A stretch of DNA of 64,000 nucleotides from Octopus vulgaris (lineage: Eukaryota): NCBI GenBank assembly GCA_951406725.2, contig OX597829.1, positions 54,188,001 to 54,252,000 on the forward strand. Direction: 5' to 3'. The position numbers and the translations under genes are program-made. The first letter of the stretch is position 1; each line of letters starts with the position of its first letter. Shown here piece by piece: positions 35,560 to 48,985 of the stretch. The notes under the pieces are model-generated. The model was not told where the DNA came from and searched no databases. It was given only the letters and a program-made list of their open reading frames with translations.

Positions 35560-38200
35560 CCAGAACTGTTGACTGTCATTGGAACCAGGAAGGCATTTTA
35601 ACTGCTCTGTCCATGTGTCTAGTTACTCAGCTCTTTGGTGACTGTTCATTGCCAAAGGTTGGTGTGATTTGCCTGGTTGAGCTGTCAATATCAAGATGAG
35701 CCGATTTCAACTTATCAATGGAAACCATGTCTTGGCATCTGCCAATCAGGTTTTGGTACAATTTGTCTTCTGGATATATTATTTCATATAAGCCATTGTA
35801 AGGTGACTGGAGGGGTTTTCATTGTGTGTCACATCTAATGAACACAAACGTCACTGTGCAGAGGTCATTTGGTAAGGATGATTTAGATGTGCCATGTGTT
35901 GACATGGGAATAGGACATAACTGGCACACTGTTGCTCAGTTGCGTAAGATACTTTTTAACATCTGGGTCTGACTTTGTGTTGAGAAGGAACTCTCCTGAT
36001 ACTATATAAATGGGGCACCATACACCATTTCCATGGAAGAATTTTCCTTTGGAGCAGTGTGGATTCCCAGCATCATCCATGGAAGTTGATCAATCCAATT
36101 GGGCCTGTTAAGTCTGGTTGTCAGGGATTCCTTCAGGCAGCAGTGAAATCTCTCCACTTACCTGTTGGCCTGTGGATGGTTGGCTGTTGTGTGCTTCATT
36201 GTGATTCCAAAAGGTCACACATGTCATTCCACAGCTTTCAGGCAAATTATAGATCCTGATCAGACGAAGATGCTGTCTGGGACACTGAAATGGGCAACCC
36301 AGTTTGTGATAAAGGAATGGCTGACTTCCTGTTTCCATGCTGCAAGGCCAAGTGTAGTGGTCTACCAAGGTCAGTAGGTACGAGCAACCCTGTGAAGGTG
36401 AGAGAAGGCTAACAAGGTCAGTGTAGACATGGCTGAAACGGGCCTGTGGTGGTTCATAGTTGCCAAAGGGTGTTTTGGTGTGCTGATGGACCTTGGCTTG
36501 TTGACAGGGAATACAGGTCTTGGTCCACTCCTCAATTTGCTTGGCCATACCGTGCCAGATAAATTTGCTTGACAGCAGGTGCCATGTGGTTCTAGATGGG
36601 ACAGTCTGTGAATGACATCGAAAACCTTCTTGCACCAGGCTAATGAGACAATCAGTCATGGCTTCTCAGTGGATACATCACAAAGCAGGGTTGTGCCATT
36701 GGAGCCAAAGTGCACATCCTGCAAAGAAAGTGCGGTAGACCCTGATCTCATCTGTCTGTTGGGTTGCAGTCTAGGCCTTTCGTTAACAAGGCTAGGTATG
36801 TGTGAGAGCAGGTAGGGGCACAAGAGAGTGCATCAGTGACTGGTTTGCCTTTTCCAGTTATGTGTTTGGATGTCTGTGGTATACTCAGAAATGGCTGATA
36901 ATTGCCATTGCTGACATGCAGATCAAGGCTCTGAGAGCTTGCTCATAGTGAAGGTCAGTGATTTGTGATCTGTGAACACTGTAAGCATGCTGCCTTCAAG
37001 AAAATAGTGAAAGTGGTGGACACCTCGATGGACAGCCAGCAGTTCCCTATCAAAAGCATTGTATTTCTGTTCAGGTAGTTGTTGACTGAAGAAGGCAAAT
37101 GGTCACCACTGACCATTGATGCATTGTTCCAAAATGCCCCTAATGTCTGTGTCAGAGGTATCGACTGTGAGTGAAGTCCAAGCTGACATACAAAAATGGG
37201 ATAGCATGGTTGCTTTAGCCAGGTCCTGTTTTGTGGATCTGAAGGCTGAGGTCATTGCACCATCCCACTCCACCTGTCTTTTTGAACCATCTTTTGACAA
37301 TGCCTTGTATAGGAGTCTCATCACTCTTGCTGCAGAAAGGATGAAGTGATGGTAAAAGTTTACCATTCCCACAAATTGATGAGAACTTTGCTGGTGGTGG
37401 GGCGTGGAAAAGATAAGATAGCTTTGACTTTTTCTGGTAGGGGTGTAGCACCAGCACCTGTGATTCAATGTCCCAGGAAGTCAATTTCTGTAACACCAAA
37501 AACACACTTGGCAGAGTTGATTACTAGACCGTAAGGTTCCAGTCTATCAAAAAGGGTCACTGGTTGCTTCTTGTGTAGCTCTGCATTTTGGCTGGTGATA
37601 AGGATATCATCTAAATATGCAAAGACAAAATCAACCTGATGTCCATCAAGCATTGGAAGGATTGTACTGCATTTTTTAGACCGAAAGTTGTACATAGGAA
37701 TTTGTACAGCCAGAAAGGATTGATCACAGTGGTTTTAGATACACTGTCATCTTGTACTGGTATTTGGTGGTAACCTTGAATGAGCTCAACCTTTAAAAAA
37801 ACTGAGCACCTGGCTAGCTAGGCTGAGAAGTCCTGTATGTGCAGAATGGGGCAGTAGTCAGGTGTTGTTTCTGCATTGAGATGGCAGTAATCTCTGAGGC
37901 TGCTAACCTCTGTTGGGTTTTGGGCCCACATGCAGGGGTGATGACCAGGGACTGCTTGATTGGTGAACGATGCCCAATGCCTCCATATTGTCAAATTCAG
38001 CATTGCAATAGCAAGTTTATCTGGTGGAAGACGATGTTTATAGTTGTAAACTGGATGGGGGGGGGTAGTGGTGGGAATGTGGTCACACCATGGCGGGCTG
38101 TAGGTTTGGAGAATGTTGGGGTAGTGAGGTTGGGGTGATTCACGAGAGGATTCAAGAATTCGTTCACATTCTGAGAGATGGTTGCTATGTGGGGGAGGGG
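35560..38200 (-). mobile_element. Degraded Ty3/Gypsy LTR retrotransposon pol (RT-RNaseH-integrase)
   Basis: LIQGYHQIPV, FVFAYLDDILI, QFVGMVNFYHHFI, LTVDTSD, CIPCQQAK, FSHVYTDLV, PLQSPYNGLY in Gypsy order; many frameshifts; LTRs not recognised. Confidence 0.9.
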
Positions 38201-38289
38201 TGTGTGTGCATGTGCAGGTATTGCAAGAGACACAGAAACGTGTTGCTGTTGATGACTAATTTTCACTAGCCATGAAACAACCACGTTTC

Positions 38290-39110
38290 TACACCTTTTG
38301 CTATTTCACATGCACTTTTCTAAATTGTGTAATTTGTGTTTTTGTGATCACAGGTATGCTGTAGACTGCTGTTTTTGTCATGGACAGGAAGTTGGAACAG
38401 AGAGCAAATGTGAAATTTTGCATTAAACTTGGAAAGTCTGCTACAAGGACATTCAGCGTGCTTCGGTAAGAGGCAATGGGCTGTATGCAATGTTTCGAGT
38501 GGCATGGGCACTACAAAAGCAGAAAAATATATGCCTGAAAGACAATGAGAAATCTGGAAGACCTACCATGAGTCTCATCTCCGGAAATGTGGAGAGAATT
38601 CATCAGGTTGTGCATGAGGTTTATTGGAAGACAATCAATGACATTGCTAATATTGTATGGGTCTGTACAGGCAACCCTGACATCTGAATTGAGCATGTAG
38701 CATGTCTCTACCAAGCTTGCCTTCACCTGATGACTACTGAGCTGAAAGAACATTGCATTGAAGTCTGTCAAGAATTCTGTCAACATGCTGCTGCTGACCA
38801 TCCTCCATGTCGAGGATCATCATTGGCGACGACCTTGAGACAAAGCAATAGTTGCCACAATGGAAGTACCCTTCATCTCCACGACCAAAGAAGGCACAAC
38901 AGAACCACAGCTCAATCAAGAGCATGCTCATCCATTTTTTCAACATCCATGGTATTGTGCATGAAGAATTTGTCCATCCGGGCCAGACCATCAATTGAGA
39001 GTTCTACTGCAACATTTTGAAGTGCTTGATGGAAGACATTTGGTGAAAGCAACCAGATCTGTGGAGCACAAAGAATAAGATGAGTTTGTATTGATATCCA
39101 CATCATCTCA
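38290..39110 (+). mobile_element. Degraded mariner transposon (second family)
   Basis: ATG 38380: MDRKLEQRANVKFCIKLGKSAT; later KSMLIHFFNIHGIVHEEFVHPGQTIN. Confidence 0.8.
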
Positions 39111-39265
39111 CCTCCGCTTCACTTAACTCAATACTCTTCCTTACTGTTTTAATTTCTTTACCTTAGATATGTTAACATTAACATAAGCTATTGTTTTTCA
39201 AGCAGCTGGTTTCTCTGAATAAATTATTCTCTCAACATTCTGTGTTTCCAAGATGGCTAAAGATA

Positions 39266-40549
39266 TTGGGTCATCCCATAAATAATTTTTTTTTTTTTTT
39301 CATATTTCTTTTATTTTTCAAACTTAAGATAAACAAACTTCTTTTTTAATCTAAAATATAATCTCCTTCATTTTCTACAATGTTCTTCCATCTATCTGGT
39401 AGACTTGCAAGGCCCTTCTTCCAAAATTCACTTGTCTGTGAAGAAAAATACTCCTCCAGCACTGTTCTGATCTCATCTACAGAATTCATATTTTTTCTGT
39501 CCAAATGATTTGGAAGACTGTGGAATAAATGATAATCAGATGGGGCAATGTCTGGCGAATATGGTGGGTGGGGCATCGTTTCCAGTTCAAACTGCTTCAG
39601 CTTTTGAAATGTCATCTTTGCTGTATGTGGCCCAGCATTATCCTGATGTAAGAATGCCTTCTGTCTTGCAACCAAAGATGGACTTTTTTTCTTCTAGCGC
39701 TGACTTAAGCTGCTCACTGTAAATCTCCTTTGTTAGCATTTGGTTTGGGTTTAAAAGTTCAAAGTTGACCAAACCTTTCATATCACACTAAACAGATAAC
39801 AATACCTTATGTGGGTGAAGACCTTCTTTCACCTGGGGTGCTGGTGTTTTTCCTTTCCATACCCACTGTCTTCAGTGCTTGATATTTTTATAGAGAACCC
39901 ATTTCTTGTCACCAGTCACAATTCAGTCCCAAAGAGGTTCATTTGCGAGACATGACAGCAAAGAAAAGCACACATTCACTCTCTGCGGGTGATTAGACTG
40001 GCAAAGTTTGTGAGGAACCCATTGACCCAATTTGCTGACTTTTCTGATGGCATGTAGGTGTCGATGAATTGTTGAATGACCAAATCCAAGCATCTCTGCT
40101 AGTTCCTCAACAGTTACAATGGGATTTTGTTCCACTAGGGTTTGCAGGACGTCCTTGTCAAACTCTACAGATCTTCTAGGATGAGGTTCATCTTCTAGAT
40201 GTACTTTCCAGCTCGGAATTTCTGGAACCACCATTGACACTTGCTTACACTTATTGTCTGATCCCCATATACTGCATTAGTATTCCTTGCATCTTCCATT
40301 GTCTTTATTACCTTCATTGAACTCACAAAGCAAAATATGCCAAATATGCTCCTTTGTCACTTCCATTATAGCTTTGAAAAAATAACTGTTAAAATCGAAA
40401 TGCACTCTTCAAAACTTGCACTAAGAATAAGTACAAGGTAAAATTACTACCTGTTTTTACAGCAAGTTGATGCAGGTAGTTTATCCTGTCCCCCACCGGC
40501 TTTTAGTTCATACAATTGAAAAAACTGCATTATTTATGGGATGACACAA
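39266..40549 (-). mobile_element. Full-length (~1.28 kb) defective mariner (DD34D)
   Basis: TIRs ttgggtcatcccataaataa / ttatttatgggatgacacaa, TA TSDs; WVPHKL, HQDNAGPH, HPPYSPDIAPSDYHLF. Confidence 0.95.
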
Positions 40550-40559
40550 TATGATCAAG

Positions 40560-41335
40560 TGACTAATTCAACACTTCCTCAGCAAAATAACAATGAAAGC
40601 TAAGATTTGCTGATGGAGTCGGTGAAAAAGCCAAACTTGCAATCTTCAATTCGGATTTTGTGTCTATCCTCACCTACCTTTCACTTGATCCCAGTACTTA
40701 TTTTTTAAGCCTCGTACTTATTCTATTGGTTTCTTTTCCTGAACCACTAATTTATGGTGATGTAAATGCACCAACACCAGTTGTCAAGTGGTGATGGGGG
40801 GGGGGACACATCTATATATACATATATATGATGGGCTTCTTTCAGTTTCCATCAGCTAAATCCACTTACTTGCCCTAGGTGTCACACAGTGAGACTAAAC
40901 CTGGAACCAGGTGGTTGGGAAGCAAACTTCTTACCACACAGACATTTCTTCACCTATGGACATGATTGTTGAGTAACTGGAATGGGATTCCTCTGAAGGA
41001 TCTCTGGAGATTAAGGAGTCTCTCCAGGTCAAGATGCTACTTCTCCACACTGAGAGAACACAACTCTGGTACTATGGACGCATGATTAGAATGTGGCAAG
41101 AAAGAATCACAAGACAGATTCTTCAAGCTGAGCCAACTGGCAGGAAACTTAGGAGTAGACCAAGAACAAGATGGTCAAATAATATCCTTAGACTCTGTTG
41201 GCCATACTTGGAAATCCAACTGAAAAGCCTAATGTTGGTTGTTTCCGATAAGACCCTTTATAGAAGGTTCCTAGGGTCTCTATTATCATGACCCTTCCAG
41301 GAATAGTGAGCAGAGAAAATGGATGGATGGATCCC
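40560..41335 (+). mobile_element. RTE-type LINE 3' fragment with (GGAT)n tail, interrupted by a family-A SINE (~40685-40945, -)
   Basis: RITRQILQAEPTGRKLRSRPRTRW; a related minus copy lies at ~21230-21490. Confidence 0.7.
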
Positions 41336-41485
41336 CATGTCAGTAAATAATTTAAATGATTTTTTAATAATATTAAAAAAATACCCTTAATTTTATATGA
41401 TTTTGATTTGCATAGGAATTCATGTAAACCAACGGACAATTGTATTTACTTTTTTATTTCTTAGTTTGTTACATTGTATATAATT

Positions 41486-41997
41486 TACATTATTTACATT
41501 GGACGGGTATGTGTCCTCATCTTGTTTGTTGTTACCACAACATTTCGGCTGATTTACTCTCCAGCCTTCATCAGGTGTCCTGATAGAATTCTGAATCCAA
41601 CCCTGGATTCTCATCCCTAAGGTATTTTTTCTTTTTTTTGCTGATGTTATTATTATTATTATTGTTTATTCAAGGCACTACCTGGAATTGAACTCGCAGT
41701 CTTGGGGTTAGTAGCCCGCGCTCTTAACCATTACACTATATGCCCGTGGGCATAATGGTTAATGGTTAGCATAATAGTTAAGAGCATGGGCTACTAACCC
41801 CAAGATTGCAAGTTCAATTCCAGGCAGTGGCTAAATAATAATAATAACATCAGCAAAAAAAACAAAACTTTAGGAATGAGAACCCAGGGTTGAGTTCAAA
41901 ATTCCACCAGGACACCTGATGAAGGCTGGAGAGTAAATCAGCCGAAACATTGTGATAACAAGATGAGGACACATATCCATCCAATGTAAATGATGTA
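41486..41997. mobile_element. Head-to-head palindromic pair of tRNA-headed elements, each with a hammerhead motif
   Basis: ~255-bp arms, centre tatgccc-gt-gggcata at ~41746; tRNA-like head, then CTGATGA...GAAA. Confidence 0.85.
41911..41956 (+). ncRNA. Minimal type I hammerhead ribozyme motif (mirror copy 41533-41579, -)
   Basis: gacac-CTGATGA-a-ggctg(gagagtaaat)cagcc-GAAA-ca-TT-gtgat. Confidence 0.7.
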
Positions 41998-42663
41998 CAG
42001 AATACCTCATTTCTAAAATACAGAACAGTATTGTTAAATTGTATATGTGCATTTATTGATATAATGGTCACCATCTAAAAATGAATAAGAAAAGAATAAA
42101 TAAGAACATAAGAAAAAATAAGACATGAAAAAAGTAAATAAAAATAACTGTAATCTTTAAAGAAAAGTTTTGCTTCAGAAATTAATTTTATGTCTCAGTT
42201 TACCATTTGTCATCTCTTATTATAAAAGGCAGATTTTATCTGCCTCCCTTTGTAAGTTATAGAAATCTACAATATAGGATTTCTTCAATTACAATTTACC
42301 TAGCATTTTTAAGAGTAGAATGCATCGGGTCATGCCAGGTCCAGTTTTTAAAATTTAAACTCCAATTAAGCAAAATTTACAGAAAACTCACATTCTGGTG
42401 TGTATGTCAAATGCTTTTCTTAGTCTGGTTTACAGCACACGCAAACGCACACACACAGTGTGCAACGAATAAAGTGAAACTAGATGTAATATTTGTTTCT
42501 GTCTATCACGCTGATAGATACATGAGTAAAATGTATGGGAAGCTAACAGATAAGAGTGAGTGAAAATGTTCTTGGAAGAGAGTAAATTAGCGACAGAGTG
42601 ATTTGAGGAAGACTAAACTGAAAGTATGAAACAGTGTTTATGTATAAACAGACGACACTTATA

Positions 42664-42980
42664 TAAACCCTTTCGTTACCAAACCGCCCGAATTTACCTA
42701 TTCATATTTAAATGAGAATATCAGAGTAAATCTCTTTAGTACATTCGTGAAAACATGTATTATACTTCGTAAACACTTCAAATACAGTTTTGTACAAAAA
42801 TCGAAGTGTAATTTTAATTCCGTGAATTATGGGAGATTTTTTTCCAAAATTTGTTCCTATTGTGTTTTCAAAATTTGTAATTCTGACAAAAAATGGATAC
42901 GAATTTCATTATATCAAGCAGTGAGTCAGAATTCGAAGGATTTTCTACTGAAGACCTTCATAAATCTAACTCTATGACTG
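42664..42980 (+). mobile_element. piggyBac-like element, 5' end
   Basis: aaccctttcgttacc terminus shared with the 22496 MITEs; acidic start MDTNFIISSSESEFEGFSTEDL. Confidence 0.6.
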
Positions 42981-42993
42981 AAAAAAAAAAGCA

Positions 42994-43376
42994 TCTTTAT
43001 ATAAGAGTGAAGTTGTGTGTCTGTCCCCTTCGATTTAGATTCGTAACTACTCCCACATTTTGCGGTGCAGTTTAACCAAAAGCGGGTATCTTATAGTCGT
43101 GATTCATATCGAGCCCTTCTGGGTATTAGCGTGCGTCTACGATGAGTCTACGATTTAAAAAAAATTTACCATCATATTTTTCCATTTTAATGCATTTTTT
43201 TCGCTTTTATATAAGGGAAGTAACTCTCTAAAAATATCTACGATGTGTCAACGATTTAAAAAAAAATTTACCTTAATTTTTTTTCAATTTTTAATGCATT
43301 TTTTTGCTATTTTTTGGCTATAACTCTAAAAATGCTTATATAGTTATTTCCCTTACAACCCGAGCGATACTGCTAG
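42994..43376 (+). mobile_element. Non-autonomous Helitron
   Basis: A|TC start and CTAG|T end; 3' end homologous to 6611-6730. Confidence 0.8.
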
Positions 43377-43389
43377 TTTTAGATAATTC

Positions 43390-43735
43390 TTTTCCTTGTT
43401 TCAGTCATTTGACTGTGGTCATGCTGAAGCACTACCTTTAGTCAAACAAATCAGCCCCAGGATTCTTTCTTTGTAAGCCTAGTACTTATTCTACCAGTCT
43501 CTTTTGCTGAACTGCTAAGTTGCAGGGACATAAACACACCAACATCGATTGTCAAGTGATGGTGGGGGACAAACACAGACACACACACACACATATACAC
43601 AACAGGATTCTTTCAGTTTTCATCTACCAAATCCATTCACAAGGCTTTGGTTAGTCCAAGACTATAGTAGAAAACACTTGCCCAAGATGCCATGCAATGG
43701 GACTGAACCAGGAAGCAAGCTTCTTACCACACAGT
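43390..43735 (-). mobile_element. SINE family A (further minus copies at 45470-45840, 47740-48185, 49665-50050)
   Basis: Reverse complement of 23573-23981. Confidence 0.8.
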
Positions 43736-44249
43736 TACACATGTTAGAAAAAAATCATTTCAACTCTGTTAAGATTGGAAAGGAAGTTCACATCTCTAAA
43801 ATTGTCAAGAAGGCCTGGCTGTCTTAGCATCACTAAATAAAACCTTTATATCAACAAAGTCACCAATGTGTAGATAGTAAATTCATCTGTGAGAGACTAC
43901 TAAAGAGAGAGTTAGAGTAAGAGTTGTATTGCTCCACACAAAAGAAGTATTGCTTCTCCGTTGGAACTGGAAGAAGGAGAAAGATAGATGTACTCCCAGA
44001 TCAGAAGTGGCAACCAAAGAGAGACACAGAAATTTATCTTTGTGTATTTATTTACATTCTTTGTAACTAAATTAGGCCAAACTTTTAAAAACAATGGATT
44101 TTTCTCTGTATCAGTTTTGCCCCTTGTTTATCTTGTGAAGGTCTAAGAGTTAGGGTAGGGTTCATTTTCATAAATTTCCTAAAGCAACAGGTGAAAACAA
44201 TAGGCTGAGAACATGTAGGAAAATATGGATTCAGTTTTGAATCCTGACT

Positions 44250-45130
44250 CAGAAATTCGGTTGCTGATTACTGCACCTTTGTCAGTTGCTCTCTAGTTAT
44301 CTTCTCAAAGTTGTAGATGGCTATGGTATGTCCATATTATGGGAAAAGGCGGCGAGCTGGCAGGAACGTTAACAGCCGGGCGAAATGCTTAGTGGTATTT
44401 CGTCTGCCATTACATTGTGAGTTCAAATTCCGCCGAGGCCGACTTTGCCTTTCATCTTTTCAGGGTCGATAAATTAAGTACCAGTTACGCACTGGAGTCG
44501 ATGTAATCAACTTAATACCTATGTCTGTCCCCTCTGTGTTTAGCCCCTTGTGGGTAACAAAGTAATAGGTATCACCAGTTTGCATCACCAGTGTGGAACC
44601 CTTATTTTGCTTAGCTTATCAATCTCCTGGAAACTGTTCAGAAATGTGCAATCAGATGAACACTTGCTGTCAGTCATTCATATTCTGAACGACTTCCTTC
44701 CTGGGGCAAGGACACATTAAAGCTCCAATGTCTAGCAACTGACTTGGTAGACACCCACAAGGTTATCCACCAACTTTCCAACAACACCCTTGAATACTTC
44801 TTTGAATCCAGTATGTCTGACACTTGTGTACATGCTTTAAACCAAAAACAACACAGCACCAATAACTTTCAGAAATTATTTTTTCAGGCACAGAATTGCT
44901 GAAGCTTGGAATAAACTTCATACATCAGTTGTTAGCTGTTGGAACGCTACATTCTTTAAAACTTCCATGCTTCCCAAAATTTGTCACCAGCACATCTGAT
45001 GCCTCTGCACATTTTTTTTAAATAATGCATCCACTGTTCACTTTCTGCGCATTATTCAGTTCATGCACTTTTGGTTACTTTTTCTGATGAGTTGCTTTAC
45101 ACCTGAGCACTTTATACAACAAGATTCGTA
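44250..45130 (+). mobile_element. CR1-type LINE 3' fragment with a nested family-B SINE (44347-44570)
   Basis: FASPVWNPYFA.LINLLETVQK, YSERL, LATDLVDTHK, FFRHRIAEAWNKL. Confidence 0.8.
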
Positions 45131-45325
45131 TTAAGAACTTATTGGATTGGCTCTAAAATTTCCAAGTTTTGACATTTCTATGAACTTCTCTAGTGAGTCA
45201 AAAACTATAATTCTTTTGGATCTGTATGTGTTAAGCATAGCAGAATTACTAATCTAAAGCGAAAAACACGTGTGCATGCACATGTGTGTGTGTGTACATG
45301 TATGCGTGCATATGTGTGTGTGATG

Positions 45326-45365
<40 letters not shown>

Positions 45366-46759
45366 TGTGTGTGTGTATTTTCACCCTTTTTCTATAAACT
45401 ATTAGTTTGACTTCCTCTTGAAAATTTTGATTTATGTTATAATTTCAAAGAAACATAAATTCATTCTTTTATTCTTGTGTTTGTTTCAGTTATTTGACAG
45501 CAGCCATGCTGGAGCACCACCTTGGAAGGTTTTAGTCAAACAGATTGACCCTAGGACTTGTTTTTTAAAGCCTAGTACTTATTCTATTGGCCCCTTTTGC
45601 CAAACCGCTAAGTTATGGGGATGTAAATATACTAACACTGATTGTCGAGTGGTGATGGGGGGCAAACAGACACAATGACACACACATATATAATATGATG
45701 GGCTTCTTTCAGTTTCCGTCTGCCAAATCCACTCACAAAGCTTTGGTTAGCCCAAGGCACTTGCTCAAGTTGTCATACAGTGGGACTGAACCTGGAACTA
45801 TGTGGTTGGAAAGCAAGCTTCTTGTCACACAGCCATGCCTGTTTAAAACAATTTGAGGATGTTTTCAGTTTAGCCGCCAATTTTCGAGAAATTCAAAGTT
45901 TATTGAAAATTTTAAAATTTGTTACATTAATGTAGTTTTCTAAGCTGAATTTCATAACTTTTTTATTTTTTGGAATTTTCAGAAAATTTTTACGAATTTG
46001 TTTCCTACACATGGGAATACGATTATCCAAAAATAAAACAAAAGATTTTTTAGTGCGTGATTTAAGGCCTATTTGGCCGCTATGTTTAGCACATCTAACG
46101 ATCACCTCAAGGACTAGAATATATTTGTCAACACGTGCTTTCGCACAGACAAAAGAACTCTTTTATTTAGTTTGTTACTATGGAAACAGGCATGAATGTG
46201 TCTGTGGTTTACGATTAGCTAAAATTACCCAAAATTTGCAAACTTTAAAAGCTAATAACCCTTTATTTATTGATTTATTGCGAAAATGAATTTCAAAGCA
46301 GTAATTAGCATATAAAACCATATCGTTACACCGAATATAAAATCAATTCGAGCAGGAATCGAAGAGATTGAACATTGGCACCCAAACAGAAAAGATCCCA
46401 AACTGAAAAAAAAAAAAAAAAACCCGGAAAAAAATCAAAAAGAATCGAAAGTGAAAAATTACGCTCTCCCACTAATTATTTTTAATTTTCGTAATCTATC
46501 TTACTTTTAAACATACAGATTAAATTAAATGGTCTTGGTGCATTTGATAATTGATGACGCTAATTTATAGGAATGCCAGTAATTGATTTAATTTTTTTTT
46601 TATTAATGTTTAAAATAAAACAAAAAAGATGTGCAAAACAACATTGCACTGTTCATTTTATTGACTAAAACAACTTTTATATTTGAATACCAGAAAATCT
46701 ATTTTAAAATTAGGATTAACCACTTGATTAAAAGGTTATAAAGATTAGGAAGGTGGATC

Positions 46760-47156
46760 ATCGCTATTCCTCTCAGCACAAGTTATCGCCCCGTTCGCAC
46801 CAAGAGTTCGGTTATCAAGACTTCTTTAAACGCTTATTTCACTTTTAACGTCCACGCAGCGGAACCGATTCAACACCCGTAAATACATTGTAGCTTATAA
46901 ACATTCATCACATGAAATTACTTCTCTTGTTACCGTAAGATTCTTCGATCAGCTGAAGAACAACAGACCCTGCTTCATTAACAAACTAAGGTTAACTAAA
47001 AGACAAAAGAAAGGAAAAAAAAAAGTAAAGGCAGTCATACAACAAAAGATTATAGGAAAGCAGATACCGCAGAGACACACTCGAGTAGCAGCAAGCTTTT
47101 AAACGAGAAAAAAGGTCCTTGATCGAAATACCCGACAAGTTTAGATATTATTAACG
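46760..47156 (+). promoter_or_regulatory. Putative PGAM5 promoter / 5' UTR
   Basis: Repeat-free and locally CpG-enriched, immediately upstream of the PGAM5 ATG; TSS not determinable. Confidence 0.45.
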
Positions 47157-47332
47157 ATGCCTCATTGGAAACATGCCGTCCGTGTATTTGGTGCAGTGTC
47201 AACTGCAGCCACGACTGCAATTATATTCGGTACCAACCCGAATCCAGAAGATATGTGGAGCAATTTTAAAAACGTCTACGCTGCCTGGTCGACACACATT
47301 CCAAGTGTGAAATGGGACTATAATTGGGACAG
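47157..47332 (+). CDS. PGAM5: Mitochondrial Ser/Thr phosphatase PGAM5, first coding exon (MPHWKHAVRVFGAVSTAATTAIIFGTNPNPEDMWSNFKNVYAAWSTHIPSVKWDYNWDR)
   Basis: ATG, short hydrophobic N-terminal segment, diagnostic WDxNWD motif, then a phase-2 donor AG|gtaaaa right after WD-R, as in vertebrate PGAM5 exon 1. Confidence 0.88.
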
Positions 47333-48985
47333 GTAAAAAAATGTTTCTTTTAACAATGAGCCACAGTACACGGGTACTTGTACCCAGTACACGAGCACAC
47401 ACACATACACACACACACACGCACGCACTGAGTATTTATGTAATAAATATATGTATAATATATGTAAATGTAAGCATACCTACACAAATGTGCCCCACCA
47501 TCACTTTGTTTCTTTGTAACTTTCGGAAAACGGATATTTTAACTGAAATTTTATGTAATTACACTTCAGATGTAGGTTCCGATTATGTTGGAATTTGATG
47601 TGAACATTTTTTGCGAGAGAGGAGTTTCTGAAAATTCACATAACTCAGAAAAAACGAGTTCATAACAGATATAGAGTACGTGTGTATCTTTCTTCGGTCT
47701 TTAGACTTCGGTCGAATGCATCGACTCCTCTACTTTAGAGCCTATCGGTTTCTTTTTGCCGAACCGCTACTTTACGGGGACACAAACAAATCGGCACTCG
47801 TTCTTTGTGACAAACACAGACACATACGCATATATATTCTTTTATTTACTTGTTTCAGTCATTTGACTGCGTCCATGCTGGGGCACCGCCTTAATCGAAG
47901 AAACTTATTGTTTATAAACGTAGTAGTTATTCTATTGGTTTTCTTTTGCCGAACTTAAAGGTTCGGCACGGTTGTCGGGCAGTGATGTGGTAGCAAACAC
48001 AGACAAAGACACATACTCATAAACATATACGACAGGCTTCTTTCAGTTTCCGTCTACCAAATCCACTCACTAGGCTTTGGTCGGCTTCAAGTTACAGAAG
48101 ACACATGCTCAAGGTATCACGCAGTGGGACTGAACCCAGAAACATGTGGTTGGGAAGCAAGCTTCTTACCACATAGTCACGCATGTGTCTGTCTTTTTTT
48201 TCTGTAAATTTGAGTTATACATACACACACACACACACATATATATATATGTATCACTGACCCACATACACACAATCATATATATATAATCACACACACA
48301 CACACACACATATAAATATATATATATTGAATGATATTGGAGTATGCCCTGTTACCATTTATTCTTTTACTTGTTTGTCGATATTTTCTTTCCGAGCAAT
48401 GTCCCGGTCTAATCCCCATCTCTGTGAAATATTTACCCATCCAGGTGACATGTGACCTACCAACACATGCTGTCACCCTAGTCGGGTTCCTCAAAGACGG
48501 GGTCACAATACGCGGGATCCCAACTCAGAAAATCGACCAATGACCAACCACAAGCTCCCTGAATCATGCCCGTAACAGGCGCATCCCAAACTCTGAGTAA
48601 AGGTCGTTCGTTAGATACAAAATCCAACCCAAAATAAACTCATAATCCGGCATAGCTTTTGCCTGACTTTAAGTATGTCATTTAAGTTTTCAGAAAACTT
48701 TTGCGAATTTATGTTCTACATACGGGAATTCATACAACTATGCAAAAAAAAAGAAAAAAAGTGTGATTTAAGGGGTATTCAGCTATTATTTTTAGCACGT
48801 CTTAACGACCACCTTATACTGTCCTCGTTTGTTTGACATATTGATGTTTTTCAATATCTTTCTTCCCCATAAACACATTTTACTGGGACTGAAAGCTAAA
48901 ACTTAGGAATTACCCGTATTTTAAACTGTGATGAAAAAAAATTAAAAACAAAAAACTTTTCTTCCCAATTGTATAAATTTCTGTG

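Noticed and set aside
45084-45110. CTGATGAG motif
   Set aside because: No downstream GAAA box; part of the CR1 3' tail
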